Shown here: positions 24,501 to 36,432 of the stretch, one piece after another
Layout: every line of letters begins with the position of its first letter
Position numbering within the stretch: position 1 is the stretch's first letter
Source of the DNA: Camelus ferus
Taxonomy: Eukaryota
Reading direction: 5' to 3'
DNA: 64,000 nt
Assembly: GCF_009834535.1 (NCBI RefSeq)
Contig: NC_045712.1
Location: 25,668,001-25,732,000 of the forward strand
Made by a program: the position numbers and the translations under genes
Notes under the pieces: generated by a model
Databases searched by the model: none
Seen by the model: only the letters and a program-made list of their open reading frames with translations
What the model was told of the DNA's origin: nothing

Positions 24501-27455
24501 GGCTGGCCCAGAGTAAGGGACTCCACTGATGCTTGTTGAATAAGTGAATAAATGGACGTGGTTGCATCAAAATTTCAACTACCAGGACTCATCCACGCCT
24601 GAGTCCCGGATACAGAGGCGTTGGGCTTATAAGAGGGGCTTCCAGATTTGAGAGAAACAGGGCCAGGTCTCTGTCTCCTTCTCTTTTTGTTCACATGGCT
24701 GGTGGCCACCCTGGCCTCACCTTGGTGGGGTCTTGACACTTGCTGATTGTGGGAATAGTCAGGGACCAGTGAGGGAGGGAAGAGGCTGCAGGAACCTCAG
24801 TGAGGAAGAAAAGGCAGGTAGCTCCAGGTCAGCCAGCCCCTTTCAAAGAGCAAAGAGGCCTGGGGCCAGTGTTTGGACAGAGGTGTCCTCAGGGTGGCAT
24901 TCTTCAGATCCTGACTGTTAAAGGGTAAGGAACTGGGTGAAGGGCAGGGAAACAATCAAATCAAATCCGAAAGCCCTTTTCTGAGCAACTACTCTGTTCC
25001 CAGACACACAAAAAGGCCAGTTTGGAGAACTAGAAGTCATAGTTAGGAAAACAGAGGAGCCTGTGTTTCAGCTCCTCCCAGGGAGAGCTGTACCAGGAAA
25101 CAAGGAGGTGTGTGGGGAGGACTCAGGCAGCCTGGCCTAGTCTGAGGAAGCCACCTGGAGGAGGGGGGTCACTAAAGCTGGGTCTTTGCGGAGAGGAGCA
25201 GCTAAGGTTCCTGCTGGCTTGAGGAACTCCCTGGAAGGGCTCAGCAGTAGCAGAGCCTGTGCAGGCCTGACCAGACGGACAAGAATGGGGCAAAGGTGAC
25301 TGCCTGAGTGGGCTCTGACTAGGCATCCCAGACTTTGCTGGAACTTGCCTGATGACTCTAAGCAGAATGGTCTGGAGTGGGGGCCAAGCAGGGGGAACTC
25401 AGGGAAGGAGGTTGGGAACAGACAAGATAAGCCAGCTGAGCAGCCTCCTGCTGGTCCTGCATTGCCCAATGCTACAGTCATCTCGTTCCAGATTCCTTTC
25501 ATAATGGGATAAAATGTACCAACAGTAAGGCCCAGAATGGGGCCTGGTGGGGTCCAGTGACTTCAGTGGCAGGACAGTGGGTCCTGGGAAAGCCAGTGAA
25601 ACACAAACATTCCTGGCTCTCTGTCCCCAACAGCTGCAGGAAGCTGCTTCAAGTCCCAGCTGTACCCAGCAGCCCCCAAGGACCAGAGAAAGTCTTATTC
25701 CCTGCTACCTCCTTGATTGGACACACACGCTCCTGGATGGGAGCTGCTGAGTACTCCGTGGCAGAGATGGTGGGGCTGTCAGCTGACATTTGGGAAGACA
25801 GCACAGAGCCTGTCTGGAAACCAACTCTGAGAAGGAGGTACCATGGATTTCATGCCCTGTGGCAGGGTCCCCAGCCTTCCTTACCTCCATCATCTGAAGA
25901 AGCTATTGGCACCTTTCCTAGACAAACACTCCCTACACACACAACTTTGCCTATAATTTACAAGGGTCCCAAACATCCTGTTGTACTTGCAGGGACTCCA
26001 AGCTAGAAGCCCCTGCAGTGTGCTAAAGGTCCAAGAATTCCAGTCTGGTTTTGCCCCAGTTGGCTAAGCCTTGGGGCCAGCTCCTGGCCATCATGACTTG
26101 CATTGCCTTCTTGAGCCTGAGGGTTTGGGCTAGGGGAGCCTCCAGGGGCCCATCTGCCCTACTGCCTCCTTGGAGCTACTTCACATCATCCTATTGGAGA
26201 TGGTATAAAAGATAGATCGGCTTCAAACCCTGCTGAGAATCCAGACCTGTACTCGCCAGAGCTGGGCTGTTATACTTACACTAGGGACCCCCTGATTCCC
26301 AGAAGCATCTGCTGCCCCCCTGCCTCCTGCCCATCCAGATGGGACTGGCTGCCAACCTGTGGGCCTCAGGGAGCTTTTGAATCTCTGGACTCTCATTCAC
26401 ACACGCCCTTCAACACACCTTTTGGGTTTTTGTTTGGCTCGGTTTGTTTTTTTTCATTTATCGGCTCTATCAGTTATTCACCACATTTATTGAGCACATT
26501 TACGTACCAGGCCTTAAGCTAAGCATAGCCCAAGTCCAAATTATGCCCAGACTTCTGGGTCCTTCCCAAATCTCACACCCTCCCAAACTTCACTGCCCAC
26601 CCAAGACAGCCCTCCCAAATGGTTCATCTTGAAACCGAATTCCTCTTATGCTCATTTTGCCTAGTATGGCCACCTCTAGGCAGAGCCTGGCCTGTTAGTC
26701 ATGTTCTTGCCACCTCTTGCTGCCAGCCAGCAACTCTGAACCTACAGTTAAGAAATGAGGAAAGAAATATTGCCTACCCTAGGAGCCAGGAGGCTTTTAA
26801 CAAAGGGCCTGGCTGAATCCTGGCAAGAGTATGTTGGTCTATTTATTTTAGACGATAACTTTTGTATTTTGGGTTTTGCTCAGAGTACTTATCACTACTG
26901 GACATTGTATGTAAACTGATTTGTCTTGTCTCCTCCACTAGAATGAAAACTCTGTAAGACCAGAGACTTTTGTTTACTGCAGTATGTCCATGTGAAAAAA
27001 GTACTCAGTAAATATTTATAAAATGAAAAAAATTCATGGAGTTGAGACCAGATTTTATATACAACATGATTTCCTTCTGCCAGGATCGAACACCTATATG
27101 GCCACTCTTCAGCAGTATGGCCTTGGGCCATTTATTTAATTTTTCCACTAATTTCTTACCTGTGATATTAGAATAATTGTGATTTGTATCTTGAAGGGGA
27201 GTGGGATGAGGGAAGAACACAAGCGTAAAGAGAACAATGCCTGGCATAGAGTGAACGCTAAGTAAATGTTAGTGGTTATTATCATTGTTGCTATTATTAT
27301 TCTGCTTTGTTCATTCAACATAGCTAGGAGATTTCCCCACCTGGATCAGAAACTTGATTGTTCTTGGAGACGCATTATGACAAAGGTGCCATTCATTTCG
27401 TATAAGTTTATATATTGACTCTTTCTGGATCCCCAAACATTATGAGTAAGAGCAG

Positions 27456-27530
27456 CTTGTGTGTGTGAGTGTGTGTGTGAATGTATGTGAGTGTGTGTGT
27501 GTATGTGTGTGTGCAGTGCATATGTGTGTA
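27456..27530. repeat. Interrupted (TG)n microsatellite
   Basis: TGTGTGTGTGAGTGTGTGTGAATGTATGTGAGTGTGTGTGTGTATGTGTGTGTG... Confidence 0.9.
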
Positions 27531-27906
27531 CAGTGCACTCTTGGGGGAGACTGGCTTTCATCATGTTCTCAAAAGGTCTACGCCCAACAGAAGTTAAGAA
27601 GGACTGGGCAGAGGGCCTGCCTGTAGGAGACTTTGAGGCAGCCATTCCCAGAGTCCAGGTGTAGACCATGCCAAAGGGAGCCTGGCACGGTCTCCTTGGT
27701 TTTGATTACTGATGGAATTCTTGATATGATCATTGCTTTGGTAATGCTAGGAAATAAGGTCTGGGAAAGATTTCTGGAAAGTTGAGGGTCCAAGACTCAG
27801 GTAAGGAATATCATTCCAGGGACCCAGAGCCCACCTCCCACCTACGCTGGCTCCACCAGCCTGAATCCTAGAACCTGATTCTCATGGGCGGGAGACTCTC
27901 CATTCC

Positions 27907-27922
27907 CCAGCAGGTGGCGCTG
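27907..27922 (+). promoter_or_regulatory. CTCF core motif
   Basis: CCAGCAGGTGGCGCTG is a full match to CCASYAGRKGGCRSY. Confidence 0.65.
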
Positions 27923-28154
27923 CTGTCTTGACTATGCCGAGGGTTGCCAGCCAGGAGACGTGTTCTCAGAGGGCTGCGACCTGCTCTAGGGGAGGATGCT
28001 GGTAGGGAGGAGTGGAAAGCCTTTCCATTCATTACCAAATTGAGCAAACACTAATTGAATATCTACTATGTGCCAGGCACTGTTCTAGGTGCTGGGGATT
28101 TAGCCGGGAACAAGACAAACCAAGTCCTGCTTTTATAGTGTTTACATTTTACAG

Positions 28155-28490
28155 CTGTGCTGTCAAATATGGTAGCCACTAGCCAAATGCTACTATTGGG
28201 CACTGGAAATGTGACTAGTATGAATTGAGAAGTGCTGTAAGTGTGAAATACATACCTCATGTCATGTCAAAAATTTAGTAAAAAATAATGTAAACTATTT
28301 AATGTTTTAAATATTGATTTTATATCAATATTTGATGGAAATGATTTTTTTTTGTATTTTGGGTCAAATAAAATATCTTGTTAAAATAATTTAACCTGTT
28401 TCTTTGACTTTTTTGACGTAAGTACTAGGAATTTAAAAATTACACATGGGGCTCACATTTGTGGCTTGCATTATATTTCTGTTCTACAGG
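28155..28490. mobile_element. hAT-Charlie MITE, MER33-like
   Basis: CTGTGCTGTCAAATATGGTAGCCACTAGCCA ... CACATTTGTGGCTTGCATTATATTTCTGTT matches recalled MER33. Confidence 0.7.
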
Positions 28491-28869
28491 ATGATCAGAC
28501 AACATGTAAACAAATGTGCAATACTATGTCAGGTGAGGAGATATTAGGGCTAACTGACATAAATCTGTGAACCTGGGACAACGTGGAGGCCAGTGTGGCC
28601 GGAGCTGGGGAGTGAGGAGTGTCAGAGATGAGTCAGGAGAAGAGGGCGAGAGAAACAGCTTAAAAGGATTATTGCTTATTGCTGTATGACCATTTTAGGA
28701 AGAAGTTTGATGTTGCTGATTAAATTTAAGGATGTGCATTCTCTCATAGCCATGATCTAGCAAATTAACTCCCAGAAATAAATCCTAGAATAGCAGGATT
28801 TTTTTTTGATTGAAGTATGATTTTTTTTCCCAAAGTTTTTACTCTAAGAACCATGTATACTTTTTTTTT

Positions 28870-29170
28870 TTAAATTGAAGTATGATCAGTTTACAATGTG
28901 TCAATTTCTGATGTACAGCACAATGTTCCAGTCATATATATATATATATTCTTTTTCATTATAAGTTACTTAAAGATATTGAATATAGTTCCCTATGCTG
29001 TACAGTAGGACCTTGTTGTTTATCTATTTTATATATAGTAGTTAGTATCTGCAAATCTCAAACTCCCAATTTATTCCTTCCCACCCTCTTTGCCCCAGTA
29101 ACAATGTTTGTTTTCTGTGTCTGTAAGTCTGTTTCTGTTTTGTAAATAAGTTCACTTGTGTCTTTTTAGA
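28870..29170 (-). mobile_element. L1 3' UTR fragment
   Basis: T run followed by AAATTGAAGTATGATCAGTTTACAATGTG...; same family as the 3' UTR of the L1 at 30850-31168, in reverse orientation. Confidence 0.8.
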
Positions 29171-29372
29171 ACTACATACACTATTAAAATGACTAAGGAC
29201 TTGAGTGATTTTATGTGAGTTATATCTATAGATGTTTATAATATTAGAAATTAAAACCAAAGAAAATTTAAACTATTTGCTTATTTTAAATAAACAGCAA
29301 TAACAACAATATAGCAAAAAATGCTAAACAGAGTTTTTTAGGTTAAAACGAAGGGACACTAGATAGTAACTT

Positions 29373-29429
29373 TTTTTAAATTCCTTTTTTTGGGGTGGGG
29401 GGAGGGAGGTAATTAGGTCTATTTATTTT
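29373..29429 (-). mobile_element. 5'-truncated SINE (tail only)
   Basis: T run followed by GGGAGGTAATTAGG (reverse complement of the SINE tail motif); TSD AGATAGTAACTT (29361-29372) / AGACGGTAACTT (29430-29441). Confidence 0.7.
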
Positions 29430-29573
29430 AGACGGTAACTTGAAGCCATAACTTAAAATAAAGAACACTAATAAAGGCAACTTAATAGGTAAATATAAAA
29501 GCCAAGACCATGATACTCTTGGTTTGGTATGTAGTTTCTCTTTTTTCTACATGATTTAAAAGGCAAATGCATA

Positions 29574-31168
29574 TTTTTCACAGAACTGGAAAAAATAATT
29601 TTAGAATTTGTATGGAAACACAAAAGACCATGAATAACCAAAACAATCTTGAGAAAGAACAGAGCTGGAGGAATCACACTCCCNNNNNNNNNNNNNNNNN
29701 NNNNNNNNNNNNNNNNNNNNNNNNNNNNNNNNNNNNNNNNNNNNNNNNNNNNNNNNNNNNNNNNNNNNNNNNNNNNNNNNNNNNNNNNNNNNNNNNNNNN
29801 NNNNNNNNNNNNNNATGACAAAGGAGCCAAAAAAATACAATGGAGAAAAGACACTCTCTTCAACAAGTGGTGCTTGGAAAACTGGACAGCTACGTGTAAA
29901 AGAATGAACTTAGAACATATTTCAATACCATATACAAAAATAAACTCAAAATGGATTAAAGATCTAAATGTAAGACTGGGTACCATAAAACTAGAGGAAA
30001 ACACAGAACACTCTGACATAAATTGTAGTAGTATTTTTTTTGGATCCGTCTCCTAAAGCGAAGGAAATAAAAGCAAAAATAAACAAATGGGACCTAATTA
30101 AGCTTCAAAACTTTTGCACAGCAAAGGAAGCCACTGACAAAGTGAAAAGATAACCTACTGAATGGGAGAAAATATTTGCAAATGATATGATCGATAATGG
30201 GGTTAATATCCAACACATATATATAAACAGCTTATACAACTCAAAATCAGAAAAACCCCCAAACAACTGGATTGAAAAATGGGCAGAAGAACTGAATGGA
30301 TATTTTTCCAAAGAGGAAATGCGGATGGCCAACAGGCAAATGAAAAGATGCTCAACATCGCTGATCATCAGGAAATGCAAATCAAAACCACAATGAGACA
30401 TAACTCACACATGTCAGAATGCCTATCGTCAAAAACTACANNNNNNNNNNNNNNNNNNNNNNNNNNNNNNNNNNNNNNNNNNNNNNNNNNNNNNNNNNNN
30501 NNNNNNNNNNNNNNNNNNNNNNNNNNNNNNNNNNNNNNNNNNNNNNNNNNNNNNNNNNNNNNNNNNNNNNNNNNNNNNNNAGCCATTCCGCACCTGAGTA
30601 TATATCCAAAAAACCTCAAAACACTAATTTGNNNNNNNNNNNNNNNNNNNNNNNNNNNNNNNNNNNNNNNNNNNNNNNNNNNNNNNNNNNNNNNNNNNNN
30701 NNNNNNNNNNNNNNNNNNNNNNNNNNNNNNNNNNNNNNNNNNNNNNNNNNNNNNNNNNNATGAAACCTTGCCATTTGCAGCAACATGGATGGACTTGGAG
30801 GGAATTATGTTAAGTGAAATAAATCAGAGAAAGACAGATATCATATGATACCACTTATATGGGAAATCTAAAAACCACAACAAACTGGTGGACATAACAG
30901 AAAAGAAGAACTCAAAGATAAAGAGAACAAACTAGTGGTTACCAGTGGGGAGAGGGAAGAGGGGAGGGGTAATATAGAAGAAGGGGATTAAGAGGTACAA
31001 ACTACTATGTATAAAATAAACTACAAGGATATGTTGTACAACACGGGGAATATAGTCAATATTTTATAATGACTATAAATGGAGTATAACCTTTAAAAAT
31101 TGTGAATCACTATATTGTACATCTGTAACTTAAATAATATTGTACATCAACTACACTCCAATTAAAAA
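29574..31168 (+). mobile_element. Younger 5'-truncated L1 (ORF2 C-terminal part plus 3' UTR)
   Basis: ORF2-like peptides [42 protein letters not shown] and LPFAATWMDLEGIMLSEI. 16-bp TSD AAAAGGCAAATGCATA at 29558-29573 and 31351-31366. Confidence 0.92.
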
Positions 31169-31175
31169 AGCTTTA

Positions 31176-31340
31176 GGAGGGAGGGTATATAGGTCATTGG
31201 TAGAGTGCATGCCTAACATACATGAAGTCCTGGGTTCAAACCCCAGTACCTCTATTAAATAAATAGATGAATAAACCTAATTAACAACCCCCAAAAAGAT
31301 TAATTTAAAAAATAAACAAAGAAAAATTTTTAAATTTTAA
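31176..31340 (+). mobile_element. tRNA-derived SINE inserted in the A-tail of an L1
   Basis: GGAGGGAGGGTATATAGGTCATTGGTAGAG ... GGTTCAAACCCC; tail with CCTAATTAAC; degenerate TSD AAAAAGCTTT / AAAAATCTTT. Confidence 0.85.
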
Positions 31341-31648
31341 AAATCTTTTAAAAAGGCAAATGCATAAAACAATGATTATAAGCCTATGTTAGTAGACATA
31401 AAATGTATGAAAATATAATTACAATATGAAGGGGGAGGAACAGAGATGTATAGAAGCAGAGTGCTTGTCAACTATTGAAACTAGGTTGGTACCATTCAAA
31501 GTAGCTTGTTAAAAATTAAAGATGTCAATTGTAATCCCCAAGTAAGCCACTAAGGAAATAGTTCAAAAATACACAAAAAAGGAAAGAAAGGAATCAAAGT
31601 GATATTGTATAACAGATCAACTAAAATTTTTTTAAGGCAGAAATGGAG

Positions 31649-32515
31649 TAAATAAGGGTCCCTGAACCCAGTTCCATTGTGTGTGTGGAGGCTTCCCCAT
31701 GGGGTATCTGAGAATTCAACTCAGGTCTATGCAGAGATGGAGTCAGATCCCAAATGGCAAGGGCTCAGTCCCACAAGACTGCCCTCTACTTCAGACACTG
31801 GTCAGACACAGGTCCAGGTTGTTACCTGTACTTCTAACCAATTGGTTACAAATGAGATTCCAATAACCCCCTCTGATTTAGGATGCCAATCACAAGTCCA
31901 GGTTGTCACCTGTACTTCTGACCCACTGGCTATATATCAGAGGTTGTCATGACCACTTCTCAGTTTAGGACAGCTCACGGAACTCCAGAGAAACATTTTA
32001 CTCACTTGGTCACTGGTTTATTACAAGAGGATTATTAAAGGATTCCAGTCAACAGCCAGATGAAGAGATACACAGGGCAAGGCATGGGGAAGGGGCACTG
32101 GAGCTTCCATGCTCTCTCTAAGCATTCCATTCTCCCCAAATCTCCACGTGTTCACCAACTCAGAAGTTCTCTGAACTCTGTGCTTTGGGGGTTTTATGGA
32201 GGCTTAATTACATAAGCATGATTAATTAAAGCACTGGCCATTGGCGATTGACTCAACCTCCAGCCCATAGTTCCTCCCTGGAGGTCTGGGGAGTGGGACT
32301 AAAACTTCTCCTGACAACCAGCTCCCACCCTTGGGTGGGATCCAAAAGTCACTTTCCTGGAAGCTATTCAGGAATTAAGGACAAGAGACCAAATATTATC
32401 CCATTGTTATTATCCCTCAGGAAATCCCAAGGGTTTGGGGAGTTGTGAACCAGAAACTGTGGATGAAGACAAAATACATATGAGAAAAGTGTATTATGGT
32501 GATTCAGATTATCTG

Positions 32516-32560
<45 letters not shown>

Positions 32561-32586
32561 TTATATCTTAGAATTATAACATCATA
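31649..32586 (-). mobile_element. Solo LTR, MER21-like (ERVL class)
   Basis: Contains GGGCTCAGTCCCACAAGACTGCCC and GTCCAGGTTGTCACCTGTACTTCTGACC blocks recalled from MER21. 5-bp TSD TGGAG (31644-31648 / 32587-32591). Internal (TATC)n at about 32509-32562. Confidence 0.75.
32509..32562. repeat. (TATC)n tetranucleotide microsatellite
   Basis: About 12 units of TATC with one TGTC and a terminal TATT variant. Confidence 0.95.
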
Positions 32587-32776
32587 TGGAGGAATTTAGG
32601 AATAACAACAACAAAAACCCCATAAAATATACAGAAAACAAATAACTAAAGGTCACAAGTAAATCCTTCTTTATCAGTAATCACATCAAATATAAATGAC
32701 TAAACCTTCCTATTAAAGACAGATTGGCAGATTGGATTAAAAAAGATCTATATGCTATCTAAAAGAGACTCACTTT

Positions 32777-33739
<963 letters not shown>

Positions 33740-33821
33740 TTAGATAAAAGAACACAAAGAGGTTGAAAGTAGGGGTGGAAAAATACATCCCATTCAAATA
33801 GTAACCAAAAGAGAGTTGGGT

Positions 33822-34290
33822 TTTGTTTACCCATTCATCTGTTGATAGACTCCTGGGATTTGTTCACTTCTTTTTATTGTTGAGTAGTATTCCTTTGTGT
33901 GGATATACTATAGTTAGCTCATCTGTTCATCTGTTCATCTGTTGGACGTGCGGATTATTTCCAGTTTTTGGCTATTATGACATATGCTTTCATTTCTCCT
34001 GGGTAAATACTTAGGAGTGCAATGACTGGATCATACTGTAGTTATAGTTATAATTTTAGTTCTTAAATAATGAACACACACACACACACAAAAGGCCAAA
34101 ATGCTTTTCAAAGTGGCAAGAAATTATCAATAGATGAGGGATCCACACTTTTGTTAGTCTTTAATTTTAGCCTGTTCAGTGGCTGTGTAGGGGTCCTAAT
34201 ATGTATTTCTCTGATGAATAATCATATTAAGCATCTTTTCATGGGCACATTGGCTATTCACCTACTCTTGCGAATTCTCTTTAAATCTTT
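33822..34290 (-). mobile_element. Old L1 3'-region fragment
   Basis: CCATTCATCTGTTGAT..., CCAGTTTTTGGCTATTATG and CATCTTTTCATGGGCACATTGGCTATT are typical antisense L1M sequence. Confidence 0.65.
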
Positions 34291-34419
34291 TGCCCGTTAA
34301 AAAAAAAAAAGGGTTAACATTTATTTTTGCAATTAATGTCGTCCAGGCACTATGCTCATTTGTGCTCACGGTTTTACGTGCTTTAACTGACGTCCACCCT
34401 GCATAGAAACAGTAACTAA

Positions 34420-34900
34420 GCGCGATTCGTAAAACTAACATGGCTCGGCAAGCCTTGTATGCAGAATGCTCGGCGGTTTCTGGGCACGGCCGGCCGTAGC
34501 TCTAAAGCTCGCGTGGTGATTGGCTGAAGGGGCACTTCCGCAGGCACTTCCGAGTCCCCGCCCGCCCCGAGAATCGGTGATTGGCTGGGCTGGCCGAGCG
34601 CGAGTCTTCTCGGGAGTTGTAGTTCTTAGGGTTCGGCTGGGGATGCCAGGAAGGACCATTGGTCTCAGGCCAGGAGCGGCGGTTGTGTTTGGTCGCCGCC
34701 GCGAGCACCATGTCCCGCGTGTCAGTGCCTTGCCATGTGAAAGGCACTGTGGCCCTGCAGGTGGGCGACGTGCGGACCTCCCAAGGCCGGCCTGGCGTGC
34801 TGGTCATCGATGTCACCTTCCCCAGCGTCGCGCCCTTCGAGGTGAGCAAGCCCCGTGGGCGCGACCGGTGCTCCTGGGTGGGGCTTATCTGGGAACTCGG
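34420..34900 (+). promoter_or_regulatory. NICN1 CpG-island promoter
   Basis: GGTGATTGGCTG (CCAAT/NF-Y) at 34515-34526 and 34576-34587; tandem GGCACTTCCG (ETS/GABP) at 34531-34540 and 34543-34552; GC box 34556-34568; GGGAGTTGTAGTT (ACTACAnnTCCC, ZNF143/THAP11-type) at 34612-34624. Confidence 0.85.
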
Positions 34901-36401
34901 GCGTGTCCCAAGCATTAAATATTTTTACAGAAAGCCTCTGCAGTGTCCACGCCCTTGCGAGTCAGTTAGCCATTTACTTTTTACCTCAGTTAACACATAC
35001 TTACTAGAATGCAGCTTCCTTTTCTGTTCTCTTTCACATCTCTTTACCATATCCAGAACAGCGCTGGCACGGAAGTGCCAGGATAGTAGGCTAGGTGCTG
35101 GAAATACAGTTGTGAACCAAATAGAGATGAGAGGTCATTTTGTCCCTGGCCACTGGCTAGGTATCATTAGACAATGAGCTACCCCAAAACCTGCCTCCTA
35201 CCCATTCCTACAGTCTCTGCTGGAGGTCAGGTTCAACTCATCCCTCATCAGGATCTTCCCAGGGGCTCCAGTTTCCAGTCTTTGGTTGCCCTTCCCCATC
35301 TGCTGGCTGAGTGACTGGACACACTGCGGGACCTCAATACAGCAGATAAAGTCCACTTTCTAATAGCCTAGCATTCACTCTCTGTCCCACTTGCCTTTTG
35401 GCCCCATGCACTTTGTCCTGTAGTGTGTGTTTCTCCACTGAGCTGTTCTTTAAGCTGGTAGACTTCACTCAAGGACCCAACCCTGGAAATCCTGATTTAG
35501 TAGGTCTGGGGTGGAGCCTGTACACCTATATTAAAAAAAACAAACAAAAACAAAAACAAAACCTCCTTGGGTAATTCTGATGAGTATCCAGTGATGACAA
35601 CTGCTGTAGCTAGGCTGAACCATGCTCTGTTCCAGGGGTGTGCTGGGTTTTGTCACCCCTTGGTGCTCCTTTGGATATGCTACTTTTTACATTCTCCACC
35701 CTTCTTGGTCTACGTGGTGGACTCCTCTGTCAGGCCTCATCTGTACATTTTCTGCCTCCTCTAGAGTTAGGGCTCTGATCTCTGGCTGCATCTTGGACAT
35801 GAGGCCAGATCTGAGGTCATGTTTTTTTTGTATGACATGCTCACTTAGACTGTGCATTCTTCTAAGAAAGCAAAATTTCTCTGGGTTTCAGTGGATTCTT
35901 GTTGAAATTGTTAGATTAGTAGGAATACATTCCTAAGTGGAGGAGGAAATGGTTCCTTTGTATCCTTCAGGCCCTGGGCCTGGGTCTGATGTTGTGTGTG
36001 TTTTAGTTGCAGGAGATCACTTTTAAGAATTACTACACAGCCTTTCTGACCATCCGTGTTCGCCAGCACACCTCAACACACACTCCGGCCAAATGGGTGA
36101 CCTGCCTACGAGACTACTGCCTGATGCCTGACCCACACAGTGAGGAGGGAGCCCAGGAGTATGTATCGCTGTTCAAGCAGCAGGTCAGCTGGGACTCAGC
36201 ATGGCCAGGGCAGCCCAGATGAGGGCTCACAAGGGGTCTGGGGATTGAGCCAGGATCCTAGGAGGGAAGGGGTAGGGGCCAGTTCTTTGGCAAGTGCCTT
36301 GGAAGAACTACTGTTCTTTCCTTCTCAAAGGCCTGAGGAGGAAGCACCTTGGCTCATTGCTGGTTGGCTCCTGGGCAGTGAGCTGGGGCCTCGCTGGTCC
36401 T

Positions 36402-36432
<31 letters not shown>

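Noticed and set aside
27563-27806. Exon-like stretch ending in CAG|GTAAGG
   Set aside because: All three frames contain stops and no peptide was recognisable.
34659-35177. 172-aa ORF as a single-exon gene
   Set aside because: It is NICN1 exon 1 plus read-through into intron 1 past the GTGAGC donor at 34842.
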